A stretch of 64,000 bases of DNA from Promethearchaeati archaeon SRVP18_Atabeyarchaeia-1 (GTDB lineage Archaea; Asgardarchaeota; Atabeyarchaeia; Atabeyarchaeales; Atabeyarchaeaceae). Below are positions 9,401 through 18,284 of this stretch, in pieces. Under the pieces are notes generated by a model. The model did no database searches. It was given only the letters and a program-made list of their open reading frames with translations, and was not told where the DNA came from. The first letter of the stretch is position 1. Each line of letters opens with the position of its first letter. The position numbers and the translations under genes are program-made. Location: positions 288,001 to 352,000 of the forward strand of contig CP147779.1 in the NCBI GenBank assembly GCA_037308085.1. Direction: 5' to 3'.

Positions 9401-11020
9401 TTGACTAGACTGAAACCTAAGGAGATTAGAGAGAAGGCCGAAGAGGATTTTGCCAAGGCTTGGATCGAGACTGGTCTTCTTCTCTCGGAAGACAATATGA
9501 AGCCCAGGAAATATCCGTCAACTAAGATCGAAGCTGGAAGGCCTCACGTGGTTTTCGAGACAACTGAGAGGCTCAGGAGACGTCTCCTATCACTTGGATT
9601 CTCAGAGGTTCTGAACCCAGTGATAGTGGATGAAGCCGAGATGTTCAAGCAGTACGGGCTCGAAGCGCCGGCAATCCTTGACCGCTGCTTCTACCTTGCC
9701 ACACTCGAAAGGCCAGACGTAGGACTAGGCAAGGAGAAGATCAACGAGCTGAAGACACTGGCAAACTTGGATGAAGAGAAGATACCAGTGCTGCAATCTA
9801 TACTACATTCCTACAAGAAGGGGGAAGTCGATGGGGATGACTTGATCGAGAGAATTGCAGAGGCTCTGGGGATCAGCGACGTCCTCGCGATGAGGGTGTT
9901 GGACAAAGTCTTTCCCTCGATGAAGGGTATGACCCCCGTTCCGTCCAAGATGACTCTGAGGTCTCACATGACTACAGCATGGTTTCTGACACTCTCAAGT
10001 ATGCAGGGAAAGGTCAGGCTCCCCGTAAGATTGTTCTCGGCCGATGTCAGGTTCCGCAGAGAGCAACAGGAGGATGCTACGCATCTCAAGACCCATCATG
10101 TGGCTTCGGCAGTAATAATGTCAGACGATGTCTGCTTGGATGATGGAAAACTTCTCGCTGAAGCGATCCTTGGCGAATTCGGCTTCAAGGATTTCAGATT
10201 CAAGACCAAGAGCGTTACGGCGAAATACTATGCCCCCAACAGCGAAATCGAGGTCTTTGTGCCCAACGTCGGGAAGGGGGGAGAGCTTGTCGAGGTTGCA
10301 GATTTCGGTCTCTATGCTCCGACAGCACTAGCGAATTATGACCTCGAGTACCCTGTACTAAACCTAGGCATGGGTGTAGAGAGACTCGCTATGGTGCTGC
10401 ACGGATATGATGACGTTAGAAGACTAGCGTACCCCCAGTTCTACGAAGAGTGGAAGCTCAGTGACAGAGAACTGGCTACGATGACAAGAATCGATAAGAC
10501 CCCCAGAACAAATGAGGGAAAGCAACTCGTAGATCATATAATCAATGCCGCTCTCAAAAACAAAGATGTGGCAAGCCCTTGCAGTTTCACCATCCTTGAG
10601 GGACTACTGCTGGGAAAAAAGGTCAAGGTGGAGATCTATGAAAATGACCCTGGCGTGAAAATGCTTGGCCCAGCTTCACTCAACAGCATCTACGTCTATC
10701 GGAATACGATAGTTGGAATCCCTCAATTGGAACTTAAAGAAGAGCCCTTAATCCCCATAAAGGAAATCAGAGAGCGTGGCGTTCCCACTGGTATCACTTA
10801 TCTCGAAGCCGCAGCAAATCTGGCTGCGTTCAGAATAGAGGAGGGCATCTTGACCGGGGAGAGAAAGATAGATATCAGAATCAAGATGGCGAAGTTGCCG
10901 AGCGACGTAAACCTGTTGATAGACGAAGTCGCACAGAGATACATAATGTCCAAGAGATTGAAAATAGATGTTAGGGGACCCGTCTTCATAGGGGTTAGAG
11001 CGGAAATCACTGGAGACTAA
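9401..11020 (+). CDS. sepS: O-phosphoseryl-tRNA(Cys) synthetase (SepRS)
   Basis: KQYGLEAPAILDRCFYL, TLRSHMT, FRREQQED and NLGMGVERLAM; 539 aa. Confidence 0.93.
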   Translation: MTRLKPKEIREKAEEDFAKAWIETGLLLSEDNMKPRKYPSTKIEAGRPHVVFETTERLRRRLLSLGFSEVLNPVIVDEAEMFKQYGLEAPAILDRCFYLATLERPDVGLGKEKINELKTLANLDEEKIPVLQSILHSYKKGEVDGDDLIERIAEALGISDVLAMRVLDKVFPSMKGMTPVPSKMTLRSHMTTAWFLTLSSMQGKVRLPVRLFSADVRFRREQQEDATHLKTHHVASAVIMSDDVCLDDGKLLAEAILGEFGFKDFRFKTKSVTAKYYAPNSEIEVFVPNVGKGGELVEVADFGLYAPTALANYDLEYPVLNLGMGVERLAMVLHGYDDVRRLAYPQFYEEWKLSDRELATMTRIDKTPRTNEGKQLVDHIINAALKNKDVASPCSFTILEGLLLGKKVKVEIYENDPGVKMLGPASLNSIYVYRNTIVGIPQLELKEEPLIPIKEIRERGVPTGITYLEAAANLAAFRIEEGILTGERKIDIRIKMAKLPSDVNLLIDEVAQRYIMSKRLKIDVRGPVFIGVRAEITGD

Positions 11021-11025
11021 GAAGA

Positions 11026-11730
11026 ATGACTAACAGTGACGCAAGTAACAATGACAAGTCAAGTATGTGCGGTCGAATTCTGAATCAACAGGTGATTAGC
11101 CACTGGGAAGCTATTCAGAAGAGACTCGCTAGAAAAGTCATCCAGAAAGACTCATTCGAGTATCCCCCAAAGCTAGTGGCCGGCGTCGACGTCGCCTACC
11201 TGGGGAACGAAGCGTTCAGCGCTGCAGTAGTGTTAGACAACAAGACACTCCGGCTTGTGGAGAAGCAGGTAGACCGATCTATTGTCAGCGTTCCATATAT
11301 CCCGTCTTACCTCGCATTTAGAGAAGTTCCATTGTTGACCAACGTGATACGGAAACTGAAACAGAAGGCTGACGTCTTCCTCGTCAACGCCCACGGAGTA
11401 GCACACCCACTGAGGTGTGGCTGCGCTTCACACCTCGGGGTCGTACTAGACATCCCTACAATAGGTGTTGCAAAGAGAATCCTTTCTGGTAAGATCTCTG
11501 AATCTGAACAAGGCGAAATAAGGTACTTGAGGGATGGAAATGAAGTCATCGGGGCTACTCTCATGACTCGGGGTGGCTCCAACCCGATTTTCGTATCAGT
11601 TGGACATAAGGTGAGCCTCACCTCAGCAATTGGAATCGTACAAGGAACTCTCAAGGAAGCTCGTTTGCCTGAACCTTTGGAACAAGCTCACAGACTATCA
11701 AACGAATCCAGAAAGGAAAACCATAAGTAA
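11026..11730 (+). CDS. nfi: Endonuclease V (third catalytic Asp replaced by Asn)
   Basis: GVDVAY, PYIPSYLAFRE, HPLRCGCASH, IGVAK and LPEP motifs. Confidence 0.9.
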   Translation: MTNSDASNNDKSSMCGRILNQQVISHWEAIQKRLARKVIQKDSFEYPPKLVAGVDVAYLGNEAFSAAVVLDNKTLRLVEKQVDRSIVSVPYIPSYLAFREVPLLTNVIRKLKQKADVFLVNAHGVAHPLRCGCASHLGVVLDIPTIGVAKRILSGKISESEQGEIRYLRDGNEVIGATLMTRGGSNPIFVSVGHKVSLTSAIGIVQGTLKEARLPEPLEQAHRLSNESRKENHK

Positions 11731-11752
11731 ATGGCCTTGTAGATACTTCGAC

Positions 11753-12445
11753 ATGAAGGCGATCCAGTTGAAGGAGTCTCCGCTGCTTACCTTGATCGCT
11801 CTCGCGAGCATGGGGGCGTACAGCAAGGCGCTTGAAACCACAACAACTATCGTTGGAAAGAAACTTGGAATAAGCCAGCAGACGGCATCTAGGCGACTCA
11901 GCCAGCTTGAGAGGACTGGTTGGATCACGAAGGAGAGAACGCTAAAAGGGCAGGGAATCAGGATAAGCAAGGAAGGTGTTGAGGTTCTGAGATCAATCTA
12001 CGGAGAGCTGAGAAGCCTTCTTGAAGGGGAGCTCGCTTCACTGGATATAGAGGGAACAGTGTTCTCTGGGATGCGTGACGGCGCGTACTATGTCACTAGG
12101 GAAGGGTACGAGAAGCAGTTCATGGAGAAACTCGGATTTAGTCCTTACCCTGGAACCCTTAACTTGAAACTCAAGACGGGGTTGGAGGTACAAGCCAAGC
12201 GAATACTTGATGCTTATCCCGGAATCGTCATAGAGGGCTTCGAGGATGGGCAGAGAACATTTGGCCCTGTGAAGTCTTTCAAGGCAGTAATAAACAATAA
12301 GATCGAGGGTGCTATCCTCCTAATAAAGCGAACACACCACGGCGAGAACGTGATGGAGATCATATCGTCAGTATATCTTAGGGACAAACTCGGACTCAAG
12401 GATGGCGACAGAGTCAATCTCAAGATTCTGATTAACCAAAAGTAG
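11753..12445 (+). CDS. ribK: CTP-dependent riboflavin kinase with N-terminal HTH (RbkR type)
   Basis: HTH (SQQTASRRL); G-V-SG..G and PYPGTLN motifs; ATG 11753 chosen. Confidence 0.9.
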   Translation: MKAIQLKESPLLTLIALASMGAYSKALETTTTIVGKKLGISQQTASRRLSQLERTGWITKERTLKGQGIRISKEGVEVLRSIYGELRSLLEGELASLDIEGTVFSGMRDGAYYVTREGYEKQFMEKLGFSPYPGTLNLKLKTGLEVQAKRILDAYPGIVIEGFEDGQRTFGPVKSFKAVINNKIEGAILLIKRTHHGENVMEIISSVYLRDKLGLKDGDRVNLKILINQK

Positions 12446-12472
12446 AGTGGCCCCAGATCCTTTAGGTTAAGC

Positions 12473-12940
12473 TCATTGCGCCGTTCTCATTTTGTCCATG
12501 ACTTCTTGGATGCGTTTAACGACTTTTGATGTGCTGTTTAGAACTTCATCGCCGTATTTCGTAAGTCTCTTGATTCTTGTTCCGGCAAGACCCCTTTTCT
12601 TTAGCTCTGTCTTCAGGAAATCCTCTGTGGGTTTCTCGTCGTATCCGAGCGCGATGATGTCTGGTCTGAGTTCTTCGACTACTCTTAGCCTGTCTTCTCC
12701 CTCGTAGCCTAGAATCGCTTTATCAACAGGCTTCAGTGACTCTACTAGATATCTTCTCTGCTCCTCTGGGAATATTGGCTCCCTGCCCCTAAGCTTTCTT
12801 ACAGTCGAGTCTCTAGCTATTATGACTATCAGCTCTGAGTCCTTGCCGCCTAGTTTTCGACTTTCCTCCAAGTACTTTGCGTGACCAGCGTGAACTATGT
12901 CAAAAGTTCCAAAGGCTAGGACGCGTATTCTCTTAGCCAT
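12473..12940 (-). CDS. ribL: FAD synthase (archaeal cytidylyltransferase-like)
   Basis: GTFDIVHAGH, IIARD and PDIIALGYD motifs; adjacent to ribK. Confidence 0.88.
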   Translation of the reverse strand: MAKRIRVLAFGTFDIVHAGHAKYLEESRKLGGKDSELIVIIARDSTVRKLRGREPIFPEEQRRYLVESLKPVDKAILGYEGEDRLRVVEELRPDIIALGYDEKPTEDFLKTELKKRGLAGTRIKRLTKYGDEVLNSTSKVVKRIQEVMDKMRTAQ

Positions 12941-13037
12941 CTTGTACAACAACCAGCAGGTGCTCTTACCGTCGGCGGCCTTTCGTCTATTGTAGTCCCT
13001 CAAAATAGTATGTGCTATAGCTTAAAAGTCTTGATAT

Positions 13038-13898
13038 TCATTTGCCCGCATCTCTTCTTGTTAATAGCGACCCTGGAGCCCCAAATAGCTTCACGAGTGT
13101 CTCAGCCTCCATGAAGTGGAGCTCCCCTGGAACAATAAGTGTGTAGGGAGGCGCGCCGAAATCTGCCTCCATCAGATCCTTGATGTAGCCGCACTTGACC
13201 GTTGGCTCAGGGGAACCAGCATGAGCGACTCCCAGCAGAATTCTATCTTTGGTGAAGACGCTCTTCTTCCTTATGTTCTCAATCCTCAGCATGAGAGCCA
13301 AAGCACCCTGAATCGAGAGAAACTCGCCGCTTTCCACGTTCAAATCGAGGAGCACAAGCGTGTGAAGACCGCGCGAGAAATTGTCCAAGACGACATCATA
13401 GGAGGACAAGGGCAAGTGACCTTCCTGCGGCAGAGGTATCGTGACCGCTCTTCCGAACTTGTAGTGCTGCAAGCCTGTTAGGCTTGGTGCGGCAGAGAAA
13501 ATCGACGCGGCGTGGACGATTTCAGTTTTGATCCCCAGTTCAAAGGCTCTCAGCCTTAGACTCACGTGCGTCGTCGCAGCGAGCGGATCGCCTGGAACCA
13601 GAAGCACTACTCTCCTACCTTTTGCCCGCTCAAGTATTCTCCAATCTGCGTCCTCCTCAAGGTCGTGCCTGCTTGCGACAGTAATCCTCTTGCCAATCCT
13701 TCTCTCCAAGTGAGCTATGTTGAGACCCGGCATCACGCTGGTGTAGAATTCTGCATACACTTCATCGGCTTTTCTTGCTGATCGTATTCCAGACAAGCTT
13801 ATGCCATTGTGATCCCATAGACCCATTCCAACGAAAGCCAGCGTTCCTCGTTCTTCGCTTTTTCCTCTGACTAGGGATGGAAAGCTGTTCTTACTCAT
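13038..13898 (-). CDS. dph5: Diphthine synthase
   Basis: EFYTS, GDPLAATTH, LQHYKFG and GLHTLVLLD motifs. Confidence 0.95.
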   Translation of the reverse strand: MSKNSFPSLVRGKSEERGTLAFVGMGLWDHNGISLSGIRSARKADEVYAEFYTSVMPGLNIAHLERRIGKRITVASRHDLEEDADWRILERAKGRRVVLLVPGDPLAATTHVSLRLRAFELGIKTEIVHAASIFSAAPSLTGLQHYKFGRAVTIPLPQEGHLPLSSYDVVLDNFSRGLHTLVLLDLNVESGEFLSIQGALALMLRIENIRKKSVFTKDRILLGVAHAGSPEPTVKCGYIKDLMEADFGAPPYTLIVPGELHFMEAETLVKLFGAPGSLLTRRDAGK

Positions 13899-14048
13899 CC
13901 TTTTAGCCTCCCAGTTCGATGGATTTTTAACGGTTACCTCCGTTAAATAGATGCAAAGTCTATATTAATGTCGGACAGGAATTAAGCCAGATGACGGAGC
14001 GCCATGGCCAACTTGGGAACAGCATTCAGGTGGAGGGACAGATGATTC

Positions 14049-15257
14049 TTGAGCGAGTTACCGATAGACTCCTTAATGACCTGGTATGAAGAGAAAACAA
14101 AGGAGCTGTTCAGCGTCTTTGCTTCTGACACAGGGAAGAGGCTTGGTGGGATCAAACAAGCATCCAGGGACATTAAGCTAGTTTTGGACGAGATCAACAG
14201 CTTGAAATCAACCCAAGAGGACGAGAACCTGAAAGCCGCGCTCGACAGGTTCATCGAACGAGTGAGCTCCACACTCCAAAGTGTGACATATCCCGATGAC
14301 CTCACCTACTCGACTGTCGGCGACTTCCTAAGCAGAATTGAGAGGTCAGTTGCTGATATATTCGATGCAGGAAAAAGATGGATCCCCAGATTCCGAGGCC
14401 GGAAATACAAATCCGTTATAGTGGATCTGGATAAACATTTCCGCGAGCTGACCAAGGAAACACAGGACCTAAGTTCCGCCTACAAGCACTACGTTCACCT
14501 AGAGAAGGTCGAACGTGTCAGAGACGGTATCCAGGGATTAAGTGAGATGGTGACCAGAATACCAATACTGAAGGCTGAAATCAAAGAGCAGGAAAAGAAG
14601 CTTCAGAATGCCAGAGACCTCGTCAGTGCGGGCGAGTCAAGGCACAAGGAGTACAAGAGCGCCACCGGAATCGATGAGAAAGAGCGCATCGACAGGGAAC
14701 TCGAAAGAATCCGCCAGAGCTTAGGCAGCCAGATCGATCTTCTGAAGAAACCCATGTCGAAAATCAGAGAGCTGTCTGAGGCAGGAACGATCCATGTGAA
14801 ACCCGAACACATAACGGCCATTGACCTGTACTACCACGACATAATTGATGCCTTAGGTAGCGAGTCTGAGGGTTGCCCAGCGTTTAGGGATCTTCTGACT
14901 GAGATGTCGAGGATTATGGACAGCCTAGGCCTAGAGGGCAGCAGACAGCGGAGGACTCTAAAACGCATAGAAAGCCTGCTGAGTAGCGATCTGCTTCAGT
15001 CTTCGCAGAAGAGAGTGAAGGAACTCCTGCAGAGAAGGGAGGAAGTAGCCAAGGTCTACCAACCTGGCGAGGAAAAGAAAATACTCACGGACCTTGAAGA
15101 AGCGAAAAAGCTACTCCGTGACGAAGAAACAAAGACGTACAGGCTCAATGAAGAGCTTGATCAGCTTTCTTCAAAGTTGAAGAAGAATTCCAAAGAAATT
15201 AGCTCTGAAATAGCCAAGATCACAGGCAAGAAGATTCACATCTCACTAAACAGTTGA
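14049..15257 (+). CDS. Hypothetical long coiled-coil protein
   Basis: 402-aa, E/K/L-rich heptad ORF with no recognised motif. Confidence 0.7.
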   Translation: MSELPIDSLMTWYEEKTKELFSVFASDTGKRLGGIKQASRDIKLVLDEINSLKSTQEDENLKAALDRFIERVSSTLQSVTYPDDLTYSTVGDFLSRIERSVADIFDAGKRWIPRFRGRKYKSVIVDLDKHFRELTKETQDLSSAYKHYVHLEKVERVRDGIQGLSEMVTRIPILKAEIKEQEKKLQNARDLVSAGESRHKEYKSATGIDEKERIDRELERIRQSLGSQIDLLKKPMSKIRELSEAGTIHVKPEHITAIDLYYHDIIDALGSESEGCPAFRDLLTEMSRIMDSLGLEGSRQRRTLKRIESLLSSDLLQSSQKRVKELLQRREEVAKVYQPGEEKKILTDLEEAKKLLRDEETKTYRLNEELDQLSSKLKKNSKEISSEIAKITGKKIHISLNS

Positions 15258-15269
15258 AATGGTTGACTG

Positions 15270-16370
15270 CTACTCGACGATGGAATCAACCGCAACCTGC
15301 CACTCATGAGGCGCAGACGATCGAACCAGCCGTCCTCCGAGAGTTGTGTGCAATGTTCTACCCAAGGACTTTAGTCTGACACGAAGCGCTTCCACTGCAT
15401 CTCCGATTGGGTCAGACCCAGATTGGAATTGATATGAGTGCAGGACACCGCCACCGGGCTTCAGGGCGGAGCACGCTGCGTCCATGAATTCAAGAGATGC
15501 AGATGGAAGGTTCATTATGATTCTGTCTGCTATACCTGCTAGGTTCCTCGAAATGACCACCCGAGCGTCTCCGAGTATGGGGTCTACGAGTCGCTCGACC
15601 TTGTTCAATCTGCAGTTCATCTTTATATACCGAACTGCATCGGGGTTCACATCGATGGCATGGACCACAGCACCCTTTTTCTTGGCAATCAATATCGCGA
15701 ATGGCCCCACCCCTGCGAACATGTCAATCACAATCTCCTTTGGAGACACTTGTGATGCGACCCGAAGATGCTCTGTTGCAAGTCTTGGACTGAAGTAGAC
15801 CTTTGTGACGTCCAGGACGTACTGGCAACCGTGTTCTCTATGAGTCGTTACAGTTCTGGCTTCACCTAAGACGTGCTCGTAGCTTCTCACTCTATACTGG
15901 CCATCGACCGCCCCACTCTTGCATAGCACGGTCTTGACCCCCCTGTGGACTTCAATGATTGCCTCTGCAATCAGCCTCTTAACCGAATCGAGCCCCCTAG
16001 CAACCTCAATGATCGCGATGTCGCCTATCACGTCAAAAGAGCGCCCGACGGAGGGTAGCAGCTTGGGATCGATCCGGTCCTTCAAAACCTCCGCGACACT
16101 CCGCGGATGCCCCGCCTTCTCCAGAAGCCTGGATTCAACTTCGACCGATTCGGTCTCTGGAGCTAGACCCCTCAAGACTTTCCATTCATTGTCGTCAGGT
16201 TCTCTGAGCAGAGGAATATCTACAAAACGATCGCCCCCAGAAATTCTACGCTCCACGTCCATCAGAGCAAGTTGGATCAGCTGCTGCCGAACCTTCTCCG
16301 CCGAAGGCTTCAAAACACGCAGGCAGAGTGATTCGCCCTTCATGTCTACACTTCCAACACCTGAAGGCAT
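15270..16370 (-). CDS. trm5: Trm5/Taw2-family tRNA methyltransferase
   Basis: IGDIA, YFSPRL, DMFAGVGPF and IMNLP motifs. Confidence 0.88.
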   Translation of the reverse strand: MPSGVGSVDMKGESLCLRVLKPSAEKVRQQLIQLALMDVERRISGGDRFVDIPLLREPDDNEWKVLRGLAPETESVEVESRLLEKAGHPRSVAEVLKDRIDPKLLPSVGRSFDVIGDIAIIEVARGLDSVKRLIAEAIIEVHRGVKTVLCKSGAVDGQYRVRSYEHVLGEARTVTTHREHGCQYVLDVTKVYFSPRLATEHLRVASQVSPKEIVIDMFAGVGPFAILIAKKKGAVVHAIDVNPDAVRYIKMNCRLNKVERLVDPILGDARVVISRNLAGIADRIIMNLPSASLEFMDAACSALKPGGGVLHSYQFQSGSDPIGDAVEALRVRLKSLGRTLHTTLGGRLVRSSAPHEWQVAVDSIVE

Positions 16371-16410
16371 TCGGACTGAGCTATTGAAGTTATCGCTTGC
16401 AGTTCATACC

Positions 16411-16424
16411 AAAAAAATTTATAA
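16411..16424 (+). promoter_or_regulatory. BRE/TATA promoter of tRNA-Lys
   Basis: AAAAAAA-TTTATAA ending about 33 nt upstream of the mature tRNA 5' end. Confidence 0.65.
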
Positions 16425-16456
16425 CACCGTAGTCTAATCCTACTACACTAACGGCG

Positions 16457-16624
16457 GGGCCTGTAGCTCAGCCAGGTAGACGAAGCGGCAAACAATGACT
16501 TCAATGATCGCCTAAAGCGTCGGGCTCTTAGCGTCAGGTTGTTAGCCTCGAGAGTAACCCGATGGCCGGGGGTTCAACTGCCTATTGCAAATGAAGTAGG
16601 CTGAAAATCCCCTCAGGCCCGCCA
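16457..16624 (+). tRNA. tRNA-Lys(CUU) with three introns (about 16480-16515, 16531-16556, 16579-16607) and encoded CCA
   Basis: Removing the introns gives GGGCCTG-TA-GCTC-AGCCAGGTA-GAGC-G-TCGGG-CTCTTAA-CCCGA-TGGCC-GGGGG-TTCAACT-CCCCT-CAGGCCC-G-CCA. BHB helices CTCT/AGAG (37/38) and TTCA/TGAA (59/60); relaxed motif AGGT/GCCT at 22/23. Confidence 0.93.
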
Positions 16625-16736
16625 AATTCTCACAAGGAAACCATGGTTTGCGCCATCTCTCAGCCAATCCAATCGGAAAGTCGATCTATCCTAATGCAGG
16701 AACATGGCGTGAGAGAAAGTCTCGAAATCCGGGATG

Positions 16737-16782
16737 GCGACTCTTCCCACCCTTGAAGGACGTGGGGTTCCTCGCAACGAGC
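16737..16782. mobile_element. Solo IS200/IS605-type end hairpin (remnant)
   Basis: cgactcttCCCACccttgaaggacGTGGGgttcctcgc closely matches the end of the tnpB element at 21986-22025; followed by ATGA. Confidence 0.6.
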
Positions 16783-16789
16783 ATGAAAG

Positions 16790-17218
16790 TCATTCACTTT
16801 CGACAAGAAGTTCGATCGAGACCTTGTTTTCTGGGTTTCTCAGTCTCTCAATGATTCTTCGATCTAGGTCTTTTGCTGCTTTGTTTGCTCTCACCATTAG
16901 CGTTCTTTCACATGTGAAGCTGCTTTTTCGACATACCATGTCTTCTCTGCTTGTTAGACGTAGCTGAGGGTCTCCTTGCCCCGTGACCTCTTCCTTCAGA
17001 CCGCATACTTCTAGAACGAGCAGAACTTTTGATGATTCTCTTCTGAGAAGGTTCTTGAAGAGGTTACTAAAATCGCTTGGCGATTTGCTTGCGTTGGCGG
17101 CAATTATACAGTCACCTTTGAGAGTGACCTCTTCCGCCTTGGTTATCTCCAGGGTTGTTCCGTGAGTTCCCCTGATGCAACTATGACCGTATGCAGTTAG
17201 GCACTCGATGGCTTTCAC
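16790..17218 (-). CDS. DUF371 family protein
   Basis: GH..I...H.TTLEITK, GDCII and RKS.F...RT motifs. Confidence 0.85.
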   Translation of the reverse strand: MKAIECLTAYGHSCIRGTHGTTLEITKAEEVTLKGDCIIAANASKSPSDFSNLFKNLLRRESSKVLLVLEVCGLKEEVTGQGDPQLRLTSREDMVCRKSSFTCERTLMVRANKAAKDLDRRIIERLRNPENKVSIELLVESE

Positions 17219-17404
17219 TTTGATTGCACCCGGCAGTTTGCCTGGATTGATCCGGAACCGTCTATGCTTTTTAATATGGCTATGGCTTATTACTATATAG
17301 CTCTGAATTCCAATTAGTTTCTCGCGCCGTGGGCTCAGTTACTCTGTCTAATAAATGGGAGAAACGGTGAAGAGGAACCGAACTGGAGTCTGTTTGTAGC
17401 GGGT

Positions 17405-18119
17405 GTGGAGTTGAAAGACTTAGAGAAGAACAAGCAGAGGCTTCTTGAGCACTACGTTGACGAAGGCATTGCTAATAGTAGCACTGTGATCAAGGCATTC
17501 ATGAAGGTTCCGAGAGAGGAATTTGTGCCGGAGGACGTCAGGGATTCTGCTTATGATGATCGCCCCCTTCCGATAGCTTTTGGGCAAACAATAAGTGCGC
17601 CACACTACTTGGGAACCCCAAGTTGGGCGAGACATGGTCATCATAATGTGTGAACAGTTGAAGCTTGAGGAAGGGCACCGCGTGCTCGAAGTGGGAACTG
17701 GTTCGGGTTACCATGCTGCGATCTGCGCCGAAATCGTTGCACCTGCCTCATCTCGGAAGCCGGGGCATGTCTACACAATCGAGAGAATAAGGTCCTTAGC
17801 CGACTTTGCTAGGGAGAACTTGAGGAGAACAGGTTACGAGGACCGCGTGACTGTAATTGTCGGAGACGGAACAGTAGGTTACAGGGAGGCCACGCCGTAC
17901 GACAGAATTCTTGTGACGGCGTCAGCGCCCAAAATCCCCGATCCTTTGGTCGAGCAGTTAGGCGACGCGGGAATAATGACGATCCCTGTTGGCGGTCGGT
18001 ACGGCTGGCAGGATTTGGTCATTATAAAGAAAATGAAGGACGGCAAGATAAAGACCGAGAACTTCGGTGGAGTAGCGTTTGTGCCCCTAATTGGAAGACA
18101 TGGCTGGGAAAACGAGTAG
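17405..18119 (+). CDS. pcm: Protein-L-isoaspartate O-methyltransferase; spliced, join(17405..17603,17632..18119), 228 aa
   Basis: [14 protein letters not shown]|[11 protein letters not shown] and FVPL motifs; the two ORF halves are out of frame until a 28-nt BHB intron is removed. Confidence 0.9.
17604..17631 (+). other. BHB-type mRNA intron in pcm (28 nt)
   Basis: Outer helix GTG/CAT, central helix CGCC/GGCG, bulges ACA and AGA, inner stem ACTTGGG/CCCAAGT. Confidence 0.85.
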
Positions 18120-18284
18120 ATAGTTGCCGGTGGTTTCGGTTCCACTAGGCAGGGCTACTCATTTTCTGCCAACTCTTGCGCTTTGCTTCTTGCGTGTTTT
18201 TAAAAGACTATATATATGGATAGGATCGAGAGTAAAGGACAATACCTTGAGCCCAGCGTTCACGGCGCGGAAAGTGGGTTGTCG

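Noticed and set aside
17405-18119. pcm as a frameshifted pseudogene or programmed frameshift
   Set aside because: The extra 28 nt form a canonical BHB, and exact excision restores the conserved motif; no slippery site is visible.
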